64,000 nt of DNA. It comes from Chthoniobacterales bacterium (GTDB lineage: Bacteria > Verrucomicrobiota > Verrucomicrobiia > Chthoniobacterales > Chthoniobacteraceae). The notes beneath the pieces are model-generated. The model was not told where the DNA came from, did no database searches, and saw nothing but the letters and a program-made list of their open reading frames with translations. The DNA lies in assembly GCA_038207335.1 (NCBI GenBank), contig JBBQZX010000004.1, forward strand, positions 128,001 through 192,000, in the 5' to 3' direction. Positions 28,156-40,300 of this stretch are shown in pieces. The translations under genes were made by a program, and so were the position numbers. Numbering within the stretch: the stretch's first letter is position 1; every line of letters starts with the position of its first letter.

Positions 28156-29799
28156 TCACGGGATCATCCCCGGGAAGACGTAAGCTTGGACCATTACCCA
28201 GACGCCGACGAGGAGCGCGAGGGCGACGCTGTGCCAGAAGACGAAGCGCAGGATGGTGCCGGCGTCCGGGCTGTCGGGATGGCCGCCGGTGGCGACGCTG
28301 GCGACGACGAGGCTCTGCGCGTCGATCATTTTCCCCATGACGCCACCCGCGCTGTTTGCGGCGCAGGTGAGGATGGGCGGGACGCCGATTTGGTTCGCGG
28401 TGATCTGCTGGAGGTTGCCGAAGAGGACGTTCGATGACGTGTCGCTGCCGGTCAGTGCGACTCCGAGCCAGCCGAGCAGCGGCGAGAAGAATGGAAAGAG
28501 CGCGCCGGTGCCGGCGAGCGCGAGGCCCATCGTGGTGTCGGAGCCGCTGAAGCGCGTGGTGAAGCCGAGCGCGAGCATGGTGGCGATCGTGAGCAGCGAG
28601 ATGCGGACGCGCAGGAGCGTGCGGGCGTAGAGCCGGGCGAGCGCGAGAGGACTCGCGCCGAGCAGGAGCCCGGCGCAGATGCCGGCGAGGAGCAGCGCGG
28701 TGCCGGTGGCGGAGAGCCAGTTGAGGAGGAAGAACGCGTCCTCAGCGAGTGGGAGCGGGACGACGGGCGGCATCCGCACGACGGCGCGGTGCAGAAACGC
28801 CACGGCGAACTTCGGCGCGGAAAAGTCGTTCAGCGTGCTTTTCACCCAGGGCAAACTCCACACGAAGACGAACACGGTGAGGCAAATCCACGGCAGCCAT
28901 GCGCGGAAGATCGCGCCTCTCTCGATGCGCGGTGCGGACGCGTTCCCGTGGCCGGGAGCGTGCTCCGTTTCCCATGCCGCCGAGCCGCGCGGTTTCCAGA
29001 ATCGGAGCAGCGTCATGAGCGCGGCCATGGAGACGAGCGCACTGGCGAGATCGACGAGCCACGGGCCGTGGGTGTTGCTCACGGCAAATTGCGTGAGCGC
29101 GAAACTCGCGCCGGTGACGAGGCACGCGGGCCACACCTCGAGCATCCCGCGCCAGCCCGCCTGCACGGTGACGAGCCAGAACGGGACGATGAGCGAGAAG
29201 ATCGGAAGCTGGCGACCGACCATCGCGCTCAGCGACTGGAGATCAAGGCCTGTGGCCTGATTCAGGGCGATGAGCGGGATGCCGAGCGAGCCGAATGCGA
29301 CGGGCGCGGTGTTGCCGATGAGCGCGAGTCCGGCGGCCTGGAGCGGCTTGAAGCCGAGGCCGATGAGCAGCGCGCCGGTGATCGCGACGGGCGCGCCGAA
29401 GCCGGCGGAGCCCTCGATGAATGCGCCGAAGCTGAACGCAATGAGCAGCGCCTGGATGCGGCGATCTTTCGCGAGCGAACCGATGTGGCGCTTGAGCGCG
29501 TCGAACTGCCCGGTGGTGACGGAGAGTTCGTAGATGAAGATCGCATTCAGCACGATCCACCCGATCGGGAAGAGGCCGTACGCCGCGCCATTCAGGGCGG
29601 CGGCGGCGGCGAGTTGCGGCGGCATTTTGTAGAGGAAAATCGCAACCCCGAGCGCACACGCGAGTCCCGCTAGCGCGGCGCGATGGGCGCGCACATGCCA
29701 GCCTGCGAGGAGCGAAAGGAGGACGACGACGGGCAGCGCCGCGACGAGCGCGGAGATGCCGACGCCGCCGAGAGGGGTGTAGTTCTGGGGCCAGGTCAC
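28156..29799 (-). CDS. lctP: L-lactate permease
   Basis: [47 protein letters not shown]. Confidence 0.92.
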   Translation of the reverse strand: MTWPQNYTPLGGVGISALVAALPVVVLLSLLAGWHVRAHRAALAGLACALGVAIFLYKMPPQLAAAAALNGAAYGLFPIGWIVLNAIFIYELSVTTGQFDALKRHIGSLAKDRRIQALLIAFSFGAFIEGSAGFGAPVAITGALLIGLGFKPLQAAGLALIGNTAPVAFGSLGIPLIALNQATGLDLQSLSAMVGRQLPIFSLIVPFWLVTVQAGWRGMLEVWPACLVTGASFALTQFAVSNTHGPWLVDLASALVSMAALMTLLRFWKPRGSAAWETEHAPGHGNASAPRIERGAIFRAWLPWICLTVFVFVWSLPWVKSTLNDFSAPKFAVAFLHRAVVRMPPVVPLPLAEDAFFLLNWLSATGTALLLAGICAGLLLGASPLALARLYARTLLRVRISLLTIATMLALGFTTRFSGSDTTMGLALAGTGALFPFFSPLLGWLGVALTGSDTSSNVLFGNLQQITANQIGVPPILTCAANSAGGVMGKMIDAQSLVVASVATGGHPDSPDAGTILRFVFWHSVALALLVGVWVMVQAYVFPGMIP

Positions 29800-29854
29800 C
29801 GCAGACGAATGCCGCAGAACCGGCGGCGAACGAAGCGCGAATGCGAGCGCGGGC

Positions 29855-30730
29855 TCAGCCGAAGAGGTTTTTCAGCGCGGGCTCGAGCTCGGGAAATTGA
29901 AAGCCGAACCCGTGCTCGGTCGCGACCGCCGGCAACACGCGACGGCTGTCGAGCAACTCGCGGCGGAACTCTCCGAGCGGCCAGAGCGCGACCTCCGGCA
30001 CGCGCAAAAACGCCGGACGATTGACCGCGTGGGCCAGAGCAGCGGTGAATGCGCCATTGCGCGCGGGCCACGGCGCGGCGGCATTCAGCGGGCCGGACAC
30101 GTCCATGTTTTCGACCGCAAAAAGGATCAACCGCGCCTGATCTTCGAGGTGAATCCACGACATCCACTGCCGCCCATCGCCGATCGGGCCGCCGAGACCG
30201 GCGCGAAAAATCGGCGCCATTGGAGCAAGAAAACCGCCGCCTTTTCCGAGCACGAGTGAAGTGCGCAGCAGCACCACGCGCGTCCGCCGCGCGCGCAGCG
30301 CAGCCGCTTCCCATTCGTAACAGACGTCCGCGAGGAAGCCTTCTCCGCGCGGAGAATCCTCAGTCAGTTCGCGATCTTCTCCGTCACCGTAAACGCCGAT
30401 GGCCGATCCGTTCACCAGCACTTCCGGCGGCTGAGTCGCGGCTGCGATTGCCTCGACCACGCGCTGCGTCCCGAGCACACGGCTGTCGCGGATGCGGCGT
30501 TTTTTCGCAGCCGTCCACAGACCGGCGACCGGCTCTCCAGCAACGTGAACAAAGGCATCGCAGCCACTCACGTCCGGCGGAGCTTGAGTGGAAAAAGCGC
30601 GCATCGCACAGCCGGGAATCGCGTGCGAGGGGTCGCGCGTGAAGGCCGCGATCTCGTGCCCGCGGCGCAACGCGATGTCGATGACGCGCCGTCCGATGAA
30701 GCCGGTCGCACCTGTGATTCCGATCAGCAT
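29855..30730 (-). CDS. TIGR01777/YfcH-family NAD-dependent epimerase-like oxidoreductase
   Basis: [40 protein letters not shown]. Confidence 0.9.
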   Translation of the reverse strand: MLIGITGATGFIGRRVIDIALRRGHEIAAFTRDPSHAIPGCAMRAFSTQAPPDVSGCDAFVHVAGEPVAGLWTAAKKRRIRDSRVLGTQRVVEAIAAATQPPEVLVNGSAIGVYGDGEDRELTEDSPRGEGFLADVCYEWEAAALRARRTRVVLLRTSLVLGKGGGFLAPMAPIFRAGLGGPIGDGRQWMSWIHLEDQARLILFAVENMDVSGPLNAAAPWPARNGAFTAALAHAVNRPAFLRVPEVALWPLGEFRRELLDSRRVLPAVATEHGFGFQFPELEPALKNLFG

Positions 30731-30781
30731 ATTCGCACCCTCATCGCGCGCCACGGTCGGGACGCGCGCTTAAAAAGGCCA

Positions 30782-33700
30782 TCACTTCGTCGGTGCGAGG
30801 AGCTCCTGCACGGCTTTCGCCGCCTCCGCATCGCCGTCCGGGCTGTAGCCGGTTTTCACCCACGCGATGTTTCCATCGGGGCCGACGATGACGGTGTGCG
30901 GGATGCCATCGACGCCGTATTTCTGCGCGATCGACTGGCCCGCATCCATCGCCACCTCGAGCTTCCAGCCGCGAGTTTCGAGAAAGCGTTTCACCTGTTC
31001 CGGCGCCTCACTTTGGTTCACTCCGATGAGCTTCACGCGATCCGTCGGAAAGGCCGACATCACCTCGATGAGGCCCGGCAGCGACTTGATGCACGGCCCA
31101 CACCACGTCGCCCAAAAGTCGAGCACCACAACTTTTCCTTTCTCCGCAGACAGGTCGAAATCGCCGCCCCCGAGCATCGGCAGTTTGAATGGAGTCGCGA
31201 CTTTCCCGAGCATCGGCGAACTCTCGCCGCCGCTCTCCGGCACGACCGGCTCGGGCGCGAAAACGAGTCGCCAGCTTTCCAGCGAAAGCATCGCCGCCGT
31301 CGGCTCCGGCATCCCGGTCCGAATCGCGACGATCTCCGTCATCGGGATTTTGCAACGACCGTAAAGCGGATGATGACCCGCGACGAAATCCGGGGCGAAC
31401 TGATCGACCGCGAGTCCGAGCCGCGCGCCGCTCGCGAGTTGCAGCCAGTGCGTGGGGGAGCCGGTACTGCCACCAAAGTCACTCACGATCAGCTTCGCCA
31501 GCGCGACGTGATTCGCGGCGGTGTTCGTCATCGCGAGTTGGCCAATCTTTTCCTGCCACGTCGCGCTCGCTCCGGCGGGGAAGGCGATGCCGCGTTTCGC
31601 GAGAACTTCCTGCGCAGGGGCATCCGTCGGAAATGCGCGCTGCTCCAACCAATAGACTTTCTGCACCACGCCGCCCGTGGCGCGCGGCCCCGCCTCGAGC
31701 ACGATCGTACCACTCGGATCGATGCGGTAGTGCAGCTCAAAAATCGCGCAAATCTGGTCGAGTGCTTCGCCGATGGTTTGATTGCCGAAGTCCATTTGAA
31801 ACCGGCGGCTGTCCGTCTTGTCAGGCAGCTTGAATTTCAAATCGGCGGCCTCGCGCTGAAGGAACGCAATGAGCGATTGCAAGCCGCTGCCACTGTAGCG
31901 CGTCTGGCGCTCGATCGGCTTCTCGAGCCGCTTGGATACTGGGCTCGCGGGCTGCTGCACAGTTTCAGCCCCGGGCTTTTTAAGCCAAACCGCCGCCTTC
32001 ACACGATCCCTCGGAATGCGGAGATTTTCGAGCCCGGAGCGGAAGCCGAAATGCGTCGTGGTCACCGCCTCGATTTCGCCGCGAATCACGTCTCCATTCG
32101 TACCGATCATCACATGCCGGGGCGGATCGTCTTTCCGGAAACGCGGCACCGTGAGGGCCTGCGTTTTCGTCTCGGGGGCGACTTCCGGGAGCCATGTGCG
32201 GCCCGGCACGGACTGCGCGGTGAAGCTGCTGAGTGTCGCGGGCGACACCATGTTTCCCCAAAGGCTCGCGGGCTCAATGATGAGCCCCACGCCGAGGCGC
32301 TTCGCCGGCGGGATGTTGTATTTTTGCAGCGGCACGTCGTTCACGTACACATCGATTTGCTTTTCCAAGATGCCGAGCCTGACAACGACGGGGCCTCCCA
32401 CCGGAATCGCGACCTGCCGCTGATTCGCGAGCTGACCCTCGCTCGATTCGATGCCCGCATACACTCGGTTTCCCATGCACGAGATTATGAGATTCGTCGT
32501 CTTCGCCGGATCGGTGCCCGCGCAGAAAAGCCGCAGTCGCACGCCAGAATAACCACTCGATTCGAGCGAAAACTTCACCTCGCTGCTCTGCAGCACTGAC
32601 GGATGCCCGAGCGACGTGCCGGGATCCAGCCCGACCTTTTCGTCCGACTTCCGCAGCGTCGTCTCGGTACCCTTCAGCACGCGCCAACCCGCATCGCCGA
32701 AGCCGTTGATATTCCCCTGCCCGCTCGCGCCAAACTGAATCGCATCGAGATTTTCCGACGGCAGTTTCGTTGCCTCGACGATGCCCGACTCAAACTCGAC
32801 GCCCGTGCGATCCAGCGCGCGCAGCGTGCCCGGCAGCACATCGCCGGAGACCGTGTAGAAGAGCGCGGGAGCGCTCTGCGGCTTGGCATCCGGCGGAAAT
32901 GCCCGCGTGATTTCGCTGACAGTTCCTTTCGCCGCCAGCGCGGGTTTTACCGCTCCTACCGCGAGCCAGCGCGGCGACGCATCGCCCGCGCCGGAGACAG
33001 TGCCGTGCAGCGTCGTCTGCTGCGCGACCATCGTGTCGAGCGCGGTGAGCGGCGTGTCCTCCGGCGCTGCGGGATGGACGAGCCAGCGCCGCAGCCCGCC
33101 GATGTCGAAATGAAGCGGGGCATCCGAAAAAGCGACGCGCAACTGTCCGGATCCGTTCGCGAGCGTCGGCATCTCGCCGAAAATCTCCGTCCCATCGTCG
33201 AACGAAATCGTGGCCTCGCGCTCACGCGGCGCGAGCGCGTCGGTTGAAAACACGATCGATTGCAAGTCGGCGAGTGTGGGCTGAGCCTCAGCGACCGGCG
33301 GATCGAGCACGACGCCGGACGCCGACGCTCGGATGACTTTCGCCTCAAAAGCACGCCCATCCGCGAGCGCTACGCGCGGTTTCGTCAGGTCGATTTTCGT
33401 CGGCCGCGCGCCATTCCACGGCTGCACGCGAAGCATCTCCAGCGCGAGGTCGCGACCGTTGTTTTGCAACCCAATCCCTATCATCGTGCCGCCACTTTCG
33501 ACCGCAAATTCCCAGTCCGCGAGCCACTCCCCTGCCTCGGTGAAGACCGAGCATTTCTTCGCGGGTCGATCCCAAAAAACGCGGAGGCCGATCTCCCGAT
33601 CCGCATCTGCGATCTTTCGCAGGCTCTTGAATTGCGCGCCCGCCGCGAGCACCAGTTCGTCGTCCCACGTCTCGATCCGCAGCCACTGATGTCCGTCACC

Positions 33701-34321
33701 GCTGAGCGCAATCTGAAACTCCGGGCGCAACGAGGATCGTACGCGAAACTCCACCGCCACGCGCTCCGGCAGTGCGGTTTCGAGCGCCGCACCGCCATTC
33801 CAAAACGGCAGCAAGAGCGCCCCCCCGGGACCGCTCGCGATCTTCGAGACAAGCGGCGAAAGGTTCGCGTTGTTCGCGGCCTTTTGATTCGGCATCGGGC
33901 TCCAGCCGACATTCCCCGTCGGCCCCGCGAAGACGAGATCGCCACCGCGCAGGCGTTGCAGCGAGAGCACTTCGGAGCGCTTCAACTTCGCATCGCCGTG
34001 GAGCGTGCTGCGGATCGCGATGACATTTTCATCGATCGAAACGAGGTCGCCGAAAAGGTAGCTGCCGTCGCGAAGCCTGAATGCAAAAGGGTCCGCGGTC
34101 CGCGATGCCTCGCGCGGCTGGTCGATCCGCCGCAGCGCATTCCAGCGCAGCACAAGCGGCTCCTCGAAAAGCGGCGTCATCCATGTCGCCGTCTCCGCGG
34201 TCGCGGCAGTCAACTTTCCGGGAATGCTCTCGCCATTGCGCCAGCTGAGCGTCGCTGTCGTGGGCTCGGCTCGCGCGATCGCGACGACGACAAGAATAAA
34301 AACCAGAAGCCACTTTTTCAT
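30782..34321 (-). CDS. large secreted multidomain protein with C-terminal TlpA-like thioredoxin
   Basis: MKKWLLVFILVVVAIARA signal (ATGA overlap); VVVLDFWATWCGPCIKSLP; GIPHTVIV. Confidence 0.8.
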   Translation of the reverse strand: MKKWLLVFILVVVAIARAEPTTATLSWRNGESIPGKLTAATAETATWMTPLFEEPLVLRWNALRRIDQPREASRTADPFAFRLRDGSYLFGDLVSIDENVIAIRSTLHGDAKLKRSEVLSLQRLRGGDLVFAGPTGNVGWSPMPNQKAANNANLSPLVSKIASGPGGALLLPFWNGGAALETALPERVAVEFRVRSSLRPEFQIALSGDGHQWLRIETWDDELVLAAGAQFKSLRKIADADREIGLRVFWDRPAKKCSVFTEAGEWLADWEFAVESGGTMIGIGLQNNGRDLALEMLRVQPWNGARPTKIDLTKPRVALADGRAFEAKVIRASASGVVLDPPVAEAQPTLADLQSIVFSTDALAPREREATISFDDGTEIFGEMPTLANGSGQLRVAFSDAPLHFDIGGLRRWLVHPAAPEDTPLTALDTMVAQQTTLHGTVSGAGDASPRWLAVGAVKPALAAKGTVSEITRAFPPDAKPQSAPALFYTVSGDVLPGTLRALDRTGVEFESGIVEATKLPSENLDAIQFGASGQGNINGFGDAGWRVLKGTETTLRKSDEKVGLDPGTSLGHPSVLQSSEVKFSLESSGYSGVRLRLFCAGTDPAKTTNLIISCMGNRVYAGIESSEGQLANQRQVAIPVGGPVVVRLGILEKQIDVYVNDVPLQKYNIPPAKRLGVGLIIEPASLWGNMVSPATLSSFTAQSVPGRTWLPEVAPETKTQALTVPRFRKDDPPRHVMIGTNGDVIRGEIEAVTTTHFGFRSGLENLRIPRDRVKAAVWLKKPGAETVQQPASPVSKRLEKPIERQTRYSGSGLQSLIAFLQREAADLKFKLPDKTDSRRFQMDFGNQTIGEALDQICAIFELHYRIDPSGTIVLEAGPRATGGVVQKVYWLEQRAFPTDAPAQEVLAKRGIAFPAGASATWQEKIGQLAMTNTAANHVALAKLIVSDFGGSTGSPTHWLQLASGARLGLAVDQFAPDFVAGHHPLYGRCKIPMTEIVAIRTGMPEPTAAMLSLESWRLVFAPEPVVPESGGESSPMLGKVATPFKLPMLGGGDFDLSAEKGKVVVLDFWATWCGPCIKSLPGLIEVMSAFPTDRVKLIGVNQSEAPEQVKRFLETRGWKLEVAMDAGQSIAQKYGVDGIPHTVIVGPDGNIAWVKTGYSPDGDAEAAKAVQELLAPTK

Positions 34322-35352
34322 CGCTCGTAAATCGGGAGGAATCGAAAATTCAGCGCCAGACCGAGCAGCGACATTCCGGTGCCGTATGCGCCGCTGCCGA
34401 TCGCGCCATTGTCGCTCTGCATGTCGTGGAGTTCGCGGACCTTCGCGGCGTTCCACTTTTGCCAAGCCTCGTAATCGCCCTGGAAAAGCGCCTGCGCCAT
34501 GTAGTAGCGGAAATATTCCGCGTAAGTGCCGGCCTCGCGATGCTCAAGATTGTCGAGCAGCCGCTTGAGCGCGGCTTGGTATTGCTCGGATTCTTTCGTC
34601 TTCGAGACCGCGCCGACGAGCGCGGAAATCGCCGTGAGATTCATCGATCCACCCATGCTGCCGAAGCCGCCGGAATACGCCACCGAGCCGTCGCGGCCCG
34701 TGCTGCGGCGCATGTATTCGAGCGCGCCGTTCACGCTCTCGTCCGGCACGTCCATGCCGGCGTTGCGCGCGGCGAGCAGTCCCATCAGCACCGCGCCCGT
34801 CACCGACGTGTCGGCATCCGTCGCATCGGGCGAATAACGCCAGCCGTTCCAGCGATTTTTTTTCTGCGCAGTCACCGCGGCGCGAATGGCCAGCTCGAGC
34901 GTCTGCGCGATGCTGCGCTTCGGCTGCACGCCGCCCCAGAGCCGCGACTCGTCGATCACCCCGTATGCCTCGGACAGCGCGAGCATCGCAAATCCGTGGT
35001 GATACATGCTGTTCGGCAGGTAGCCCGACGAGTCGTCCTGCTGCGATATGATCGAGCGCAACGCGCGGCGGATCGTCTCCGCGTATCGTCCGAAATTCGG
35101 GTCTTCCCCACTCGCGAGGAACGCCATCACGCAAATCCCATCGACGCCCGCACCCTCGTTTCCCCCGCCCTTCCAGCCGCCATCTGCGGTCTGCGCGCCC
35201 GCCAACCACGCCAGCCCACGCTCGTAAATTGTCTCAACCTCTGGTGGAATCTGTCCGCCGAATCGAAGGCTCGGATCCTGTGCGTGTGCACTTTCGAGCA
35301 TGAAAAGCAACGCGATCGCCGCGCTCAGAGACGTCCTGAAAATCGCGCTCAT
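34318..35352 (-). CDS. prenyltransferase/squalene-cyclase-repeat (QW-motif) secreted protein
   Basis: RGLAWLAGAQTADGGW, MYHHGFAMLALSE, GWRYSP..ADTSVTG, QSDNG. Confidence 0.8.
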   Translation of the reverse strand: MSAIFRTSLSAAIALLFMLESAHAQDPSLRFGGQIPPEVETIYERGLAWLAGAQTADGGWKGGGNEGAGVDGICVMAFLASGEDPNFGRYAETIRRALRSIISQQDDSSGYLPNSMYHHGFAMLALSEAYGVIDESRLWGGVQPKRSIAQTLELAIRAAVTAQKKNRWNGWRYSPDATDADTSVTGAVLMGLLAARNAGMDVPDESVNGALEYMRRSTGRDGSVAYSGGFGSMGGSMNLTAISALVGAVSKTKESEQYQAALKRLLDNLEHREAGTYAEYFRYYMAQALFQGDYEAWQKWNAAKVRELHDMQSDNGAIGSGAYGTGMSLLGLALNFRFLPIYER

Positions 35353-37358
35353 TTGTTGTTCACGTTCACGCGAGACTTGTGGAGCTGCTGGATGTTTTCC
35401 CAGTAGTTCTGACTGTTCGAGTTCTCGCTGCTCGCTCTCCAGCGCTCCCATTTCTCCTTGCCGAGCAGAGGCTTCAAATCCTTCTCCGGCACGCCAGCAA
35501 ACGGAAGAAACATGCTGTAGCTCTGAAAATACCACGGCGCGCCGCGCGAGCCCGCGAACATCCGCTCGATGTCCGTCGAATAGTCGCGCACCACGGCAGC
35601 CACGAGCGGCTCGAGCTTCGCGCGTTGCTCCGGCGTGAGGCTGAATTTGCGGTCGAACTCACCGATCAAAAGCGCGTCGACCGTGTGCTCCTGAAACGCC
35701 GCGCGCGCCGCCACTTCCTTTCCCCACGATGCGGTCTGCGCTTCATCGAGCGCGGCTTTTGCCGTCTCGCGCCACACGGGCGCAGACTCCGGCTCCGTCA
35801 CGCCGGCTCGGCCAAATTGATAATCTTCGAGCCCCGCGAGCCGTTGCTTCACATTCTGCGCCGTCGCCCCTTGCACCAGCGAGCGCGCGCTCAATTCGGC
35901 ATTCGCGCGCCATTGCTGAATCGCACCCTCCGCTGCGCCGCGCGCAGCCGTCTGTAGCCTCGCGGCGGCTTCCGGCGGGAGCTTGCCCACCCGCACCGCA
36001 TCCTCGGCTTCCAGCAGCATCGTCGCGAGAACAGGCTTTCGCGCGGCAACCGTTTTCGCGTGAAGAAAATCAGAGAGCGCGTTCTCGAAATCCTCCGGCT
36101 CGGGCGGACGCGCGGGCTGTTTCGTATCCTCGGGCTTTTGCTTCTTCCGCGGAGATTCGTCCTCCTCCTCGGCGATCTCGGCACCAGCCGCTTCCTTCCA
36201 ATGCTGGCATTGCAGCGGGTCCAAAATCTTCCCTAGCTCCTCCGGCGTTGCCTTCGCACCCGCGGCGAAAAGCGACTGCACCCCGATGTCACGTTCATCG
36301 TCCGACGACTCCTCCGGAACGAGATTTTCGTCCTCCTTCACCAGTCTCTCCGCGATCGGGAGCAACTGCTCGCGCTGCGCCGCAGTAAACGCCACTTTCG
36401 CATCGAACTGCGCGATCAACAGCCGCCCCATCATCGCCGCGCGAAGCTTCCGCTTCTCTGCTCGCGCGGCCTTCAGCATCGCCAGTTCTTCGCGCGTCAG
36501 AACCATCGCCAAACCCTCCTGCCATCCCATTTGTGGGTCGATCGACTCACCGCCATTCATCGGGAAAAAATTCCCCTGCCTCATCCGAGCATTCCTCTGG
36601 GCAGGATCTGTCAGCAGTAAAGACTTCATCGCATTTTCGCCCCAAGTCTCCGCATTTTTTTTTGCGAGGCTTTTCGCCAGTTCATCGACCGCCGCGCTCC
36701 GCTCCTTCGTCAGGTCGAGCGCCAGTTTCGCGTCGTCCGCCTTACCCATCAGCGTGATTTGCGCCTGCTCGCGCATCGTCTCAATGAGCGGCTTCAGGTA
36801 TTCGGTGATCTGCTTTTTCAAGTCATGATCGCGCTCCTCCAGCGCCTTCGCCCACTGCGCGTTTTGCTCCGGCGAAAGCGCGCCTTTCAGCGCCTCCGTC
36901 CACGCCGACTGCTCCACTGGACGCACGTATTTTGGTACGATCTCCTGGTCTTTGTAAAAGCTCAGTTGCACGAGCACTTGGTCGAGCATCGTAGCCATCT
37001 CCGCAGTGCCTTGATTACCCGGATTCTGGCGGAACATCTCGGCCAGTTTTTCCGTCCATTCCGCTAGGCTGTGATCGACCGCCTCCTTTGCCGCCGCCTC
37101 AAGCGCCGCGCTCCCCTCCGCACCGAGCCCGGTCGCTTTCACGACATCGCCAATCTCCTTTTTTAGCTGCCCCGCAAAAACCTCCCGCTTCCCCTCCGAT
37201 ATCTTTGCGACGACCTCGCTCAGCTTCTTCTCGATCTCGGGAGGAAAGTTGGACTTCGCTTTTTGCTCCGGCGTTTTTTCTTTTCCTGAGTCCTCGGCGA
37301 CTCCCGCGAACGGTAGCGAAATCGCAAAAATCGCGGCGAGACCGCGCTTCCCTTTCAT
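35349..37358 (-). CDS. secreted alpha-helical hypothetical protein
   Basis: Signal peptide; LSPEQ/LTPEQ helical repeats; ATGA-coupled on both sides. Confidence 0.7.
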   Translation of the reverse strand: MKGKRGLAAIFAISLPFAGVAEDSGKEKTPEQKAKSNFPPEIEKKLSEVVAKISEGKREVFAGQLKKEIGDVVKATGLGAEGSAALEAAAKEAVDHSLAEWTEKLAEMFRQNPGNQGTAEMATMLDQVLVQLSFYKDQEIVPKYVRPVEQSAWTEALKGALSPEQNAQWAKALEERDHDLKKQITEYLKPLIETMREQAQITLMGKADDAKLALDLTKERSAAVDELAKSLAKKNAETWGENAMKSLLLTDPAQRNARMRQGNFFPMNGGESIDPQMGWQEGLAMVLTREELAMLKAARAEKRKLRAAMMGRLLIAQFDAKVAFTAAQREQLLPIAERLVKEDENLVPEESSDDERDIGVQSLFAAGAKATPEELGKILDPLQCQHWKEAAGAEIAEEEDESPRKKQKPEDTKQPARPPEPEDFENALSDFLHAKTVAARKPVLATMLLEAEDAVRVGKLPPEAAARLQTAARGAAEGAIQQWRANAELSARSLVQGATAQNVKQRLAGLEDYQFGRAGVTEPESAPVWRETAKAALDEAQTASWGKEVAARAAFQEHTVDALLIGEFDRKFSLTPEQRAKLEPLVAAVVRDYSTDIERMFAGSRGAPWYFQSYSMFLPFAGVPEKDLKPLLGKEKWERWRASSENSNSQNYWENIQQLHKSRVNVNNK

Positions 37359-40300
37359 CGGCTCGCTGCCTGCTCTTCGAGCAGGTTGAAATACGCGTCG
37401 AGCCCCGGCTTGAACTCATCCGGGAACTCCTTCCCCGCGCGCCCGGTAGCCTGCCCGACCGCTCGCGCAGCCACCATGCTGTCGGCATCCGAGCCAGGGC
37501 CGAGGTCTGCGAGCGCCGCCGATGAAGCCGTCGCCGCGCGCCCTCCGCCACCGGCATTCGATCCGCCGCCACCGCCGCCATTCGGGCTGTTGCGCTTTGC
37601 TTGGAGCAAAAGCTCGATAGCCTCGGTTTCCGCGGCGATCGCCGTCGAGCCCGTCTCTGGCGTGCTCAGAATCCCATTCGCTTCGTTCATCACGACAACC
37701 ACGGCATTCAGCAGTTTCAGCTCTTTGCCAAACTTCGATGCCCCCTCAGGCAGCGCGATGATATCGCCGATCGCGCTTGCCGTGTGACGTCCGATCGACT
37801 CCTGCTTCTTCGCCGCGACGTTCGCGTCTTCGCCGAATTTCTCCGGCGTCACCGCGGGCTTCGCGTTCTCAATTTCTCGCGTCTCGTCGCGCAGCTTCAT
37901 CTCGTCGCGCAGCGCCTGCATCACCTTCAAAACGATCTCCGGCGGCAGGCTGTCGCCGCTGCAGCTCGAGCACGATTTGCAGTTGCTCGCCGCGACCATT
38001 TCTTCCGCCCATCGGTCGAGCGTGTCCGCCCAAAATTCCGACCCGATCATCGACTGACCGCTCAAATTGATCGCCACTTTCTCGCCGCCCGTCGCGAGCG
38101 CGCGGACAATTTCATCTTTCTTCATTTCCTCCAAAATCGCCTTCAACCGGCTATCCTGCTTGCGCTGAAAATAAGCGTCCAGATCGCTCTGGATCAGCCG
38201 CACGACTTCACTCTGCGTTTTTGCGTTTTTCGCGATCGGCTCAGCAGCCTTCACCGCTTCGCGCTCGATTCCGAACGCGTCGAGCGTCTTCTGGTTGATG
38301 TTCGTCGCGATGCTCATCTGCTGCCTCGACGCCGCCTTGAAGCGCTTTACGAACGTGCTCGCCTCGAGGCTAGCGAGGATTTCGCCGAGCTGATCCGAGA
38401 CTTTCGCAAACTCCGCGAGCAGGTCTTTTTGCTCCGTGATCGCCGTGTCGAGTTTCTGCTGTGCGGGCGTCTCTGGCGGCTTCACGTCGTCGTCCTTCTT
38501 TTGATTCGGCGCAGCCGCGAGCATCGTATTTGGCAGGCGCAACTTTCCGCCACCCGGCGGTTTGGGCGCAGCATTTGGGTCCGCGGGCTTCGGCTCCGGC
38601 GGCTTTGAAAATCCCGCCTCACGGTCCGCGATGCTAGGCGCAGCGGGCTTCGGCGGCGCATTGGGGTCGATCGCCGGAGCCGGCGCGGGCGCGCTCTGAG
38701 GTTGCTCGCCATGCGCCACGCTGGGCGCGCTTTTCGCCCCGCCGGGCTTCGATGGCGCTCCCGGTTTTCCGCTCTGCTGCGGCTGCTGCGAGCCCGCTGG
38801 CGGCGCTTCGCCGGGCTTCGCGCCCGCCGCGCTCGCGGTCTGTTTCAGCAAGTCTGCGACGCTCGGCATCCGGTTCGCCGCGATGTCCTTGAGCGACTTC
38901 AGCATCGTCGCCCACGACTCCAGCCGCTTCGCGTCGAACTCGTCGTTCTTCGTCGCCTGCTCCACGAGATTCCGTCCCGATTGCGTGAGGCTGTCCACGC
39001 GCGCAGCGTTCGCATTTTCCGCCGACGCCTGCTGCGACACCCGCCGTCGATTTTCCGGGCGATCCAAATCCGCTGCGTCGAGGCCGCGCAATTCCTTGTT
39101 CGTCTGGTGAAGTTGCTGCTCCCGCTCGTAGCTCTCCTTCGCGACTTCGAGCCATTTTCCAAATTGCTCCGTGAGCCACAGCGCGTGATCCGTCTTGTCC
39201 AGAACATGCAGCACAAACGACGCGGAATGCGCCCGCTGACGGCCTGGCAAATAGTCATCCGTCCAGCCTCGCATCTCGATCGTCTGCGGCGCGACCCCAT
39301 CCCGCGTAGCGCAAAAAGTCGCGCGCACCGCGAGTTCTTTCTTCTCCGGCTCGCCGCCCGCCACGATCTTGTCGCCCGTGATCGGCGTCTTCCCATCCGC
39401 ACCCGTCTGCGAGCCGACCCACTCGAGCCCGACCCGCTTCACGCCGAAATCATCGCTCGCCGCGAGATCGAAACTGACGACCTCCGAATCGAGCACGACC
39501 TGCTCCTGCGTCTCGCGCCGCGCGAGAATCCGCGGCGCATCATCTTCCACCGCGCGCACTTTCAAAACCAGCGGATCGCGTGGCGTGAGCCCGTCCCGAT
39601 CGCGCCATGTGAACTTCCTCTCCGCATCCCCCGCCACCGCCGAAAAGCCCGTCGCGATCACGTCCCCCGTCACTTTTTGCGCCTGCCCGTCCAGCTCCGC
39701 CGCCGCCAGTTCGCGGCTCGCGCGCGCCGTGAACGCCGCCTCCGCGCCTTTCAAAATGCTGACCGATCCGCCGCGAACATCCATCCGTTGCGCAGACGTG
39801 TAGCCGAGATATTCCGGCAGCCGCAACCGCACCGCGAGGTCGATCAGCTCAGGTCGCGGGCGCGGCTGCACCTCGATCGACTTCCGCACATCGCCGAGCG
39901 ACACGGCCATCGCCGCGTCCTTTTTCTGCGGCGGAAACGCGAGTGGATAAACGCCCGCGTCGAGCTTCGCCGTCACCGCCGACTGCCCGGCGATCCTGCC
40001 TGTGCCTTGATCCGGCGTCCGCTGCGTATCCGCGCGCAGCCGCACCGGCAGCGTGAAAGGCTCCGCGTACGGCACGACCAACCGCGGTGGAAGCGGCTCC
40101 ACTTTCGCAAAAGTAAATCGCTCGACGTGCCGCCACGGCATGAGCCAGCGCGAGAGCGCATTCGCCGCTGCCGCGTTCACAAGAAAAAACGCGACGACCG
40201 CCACGGCGAGTGCGCCGCCAGCCGCCCACGCCCATTCGCGATGCCGCGCATCCGGCACCGCATTCGTGAAATCCCGATCCTTCACCGCATCCGCCGCCTG

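Noticed and set aside
34318..35352. True squalene-hopene cyclase
   Set aside because: Only about 344 aa, has a signal peptide and lacks the DxDD motif; it is a repeat-fold protein.
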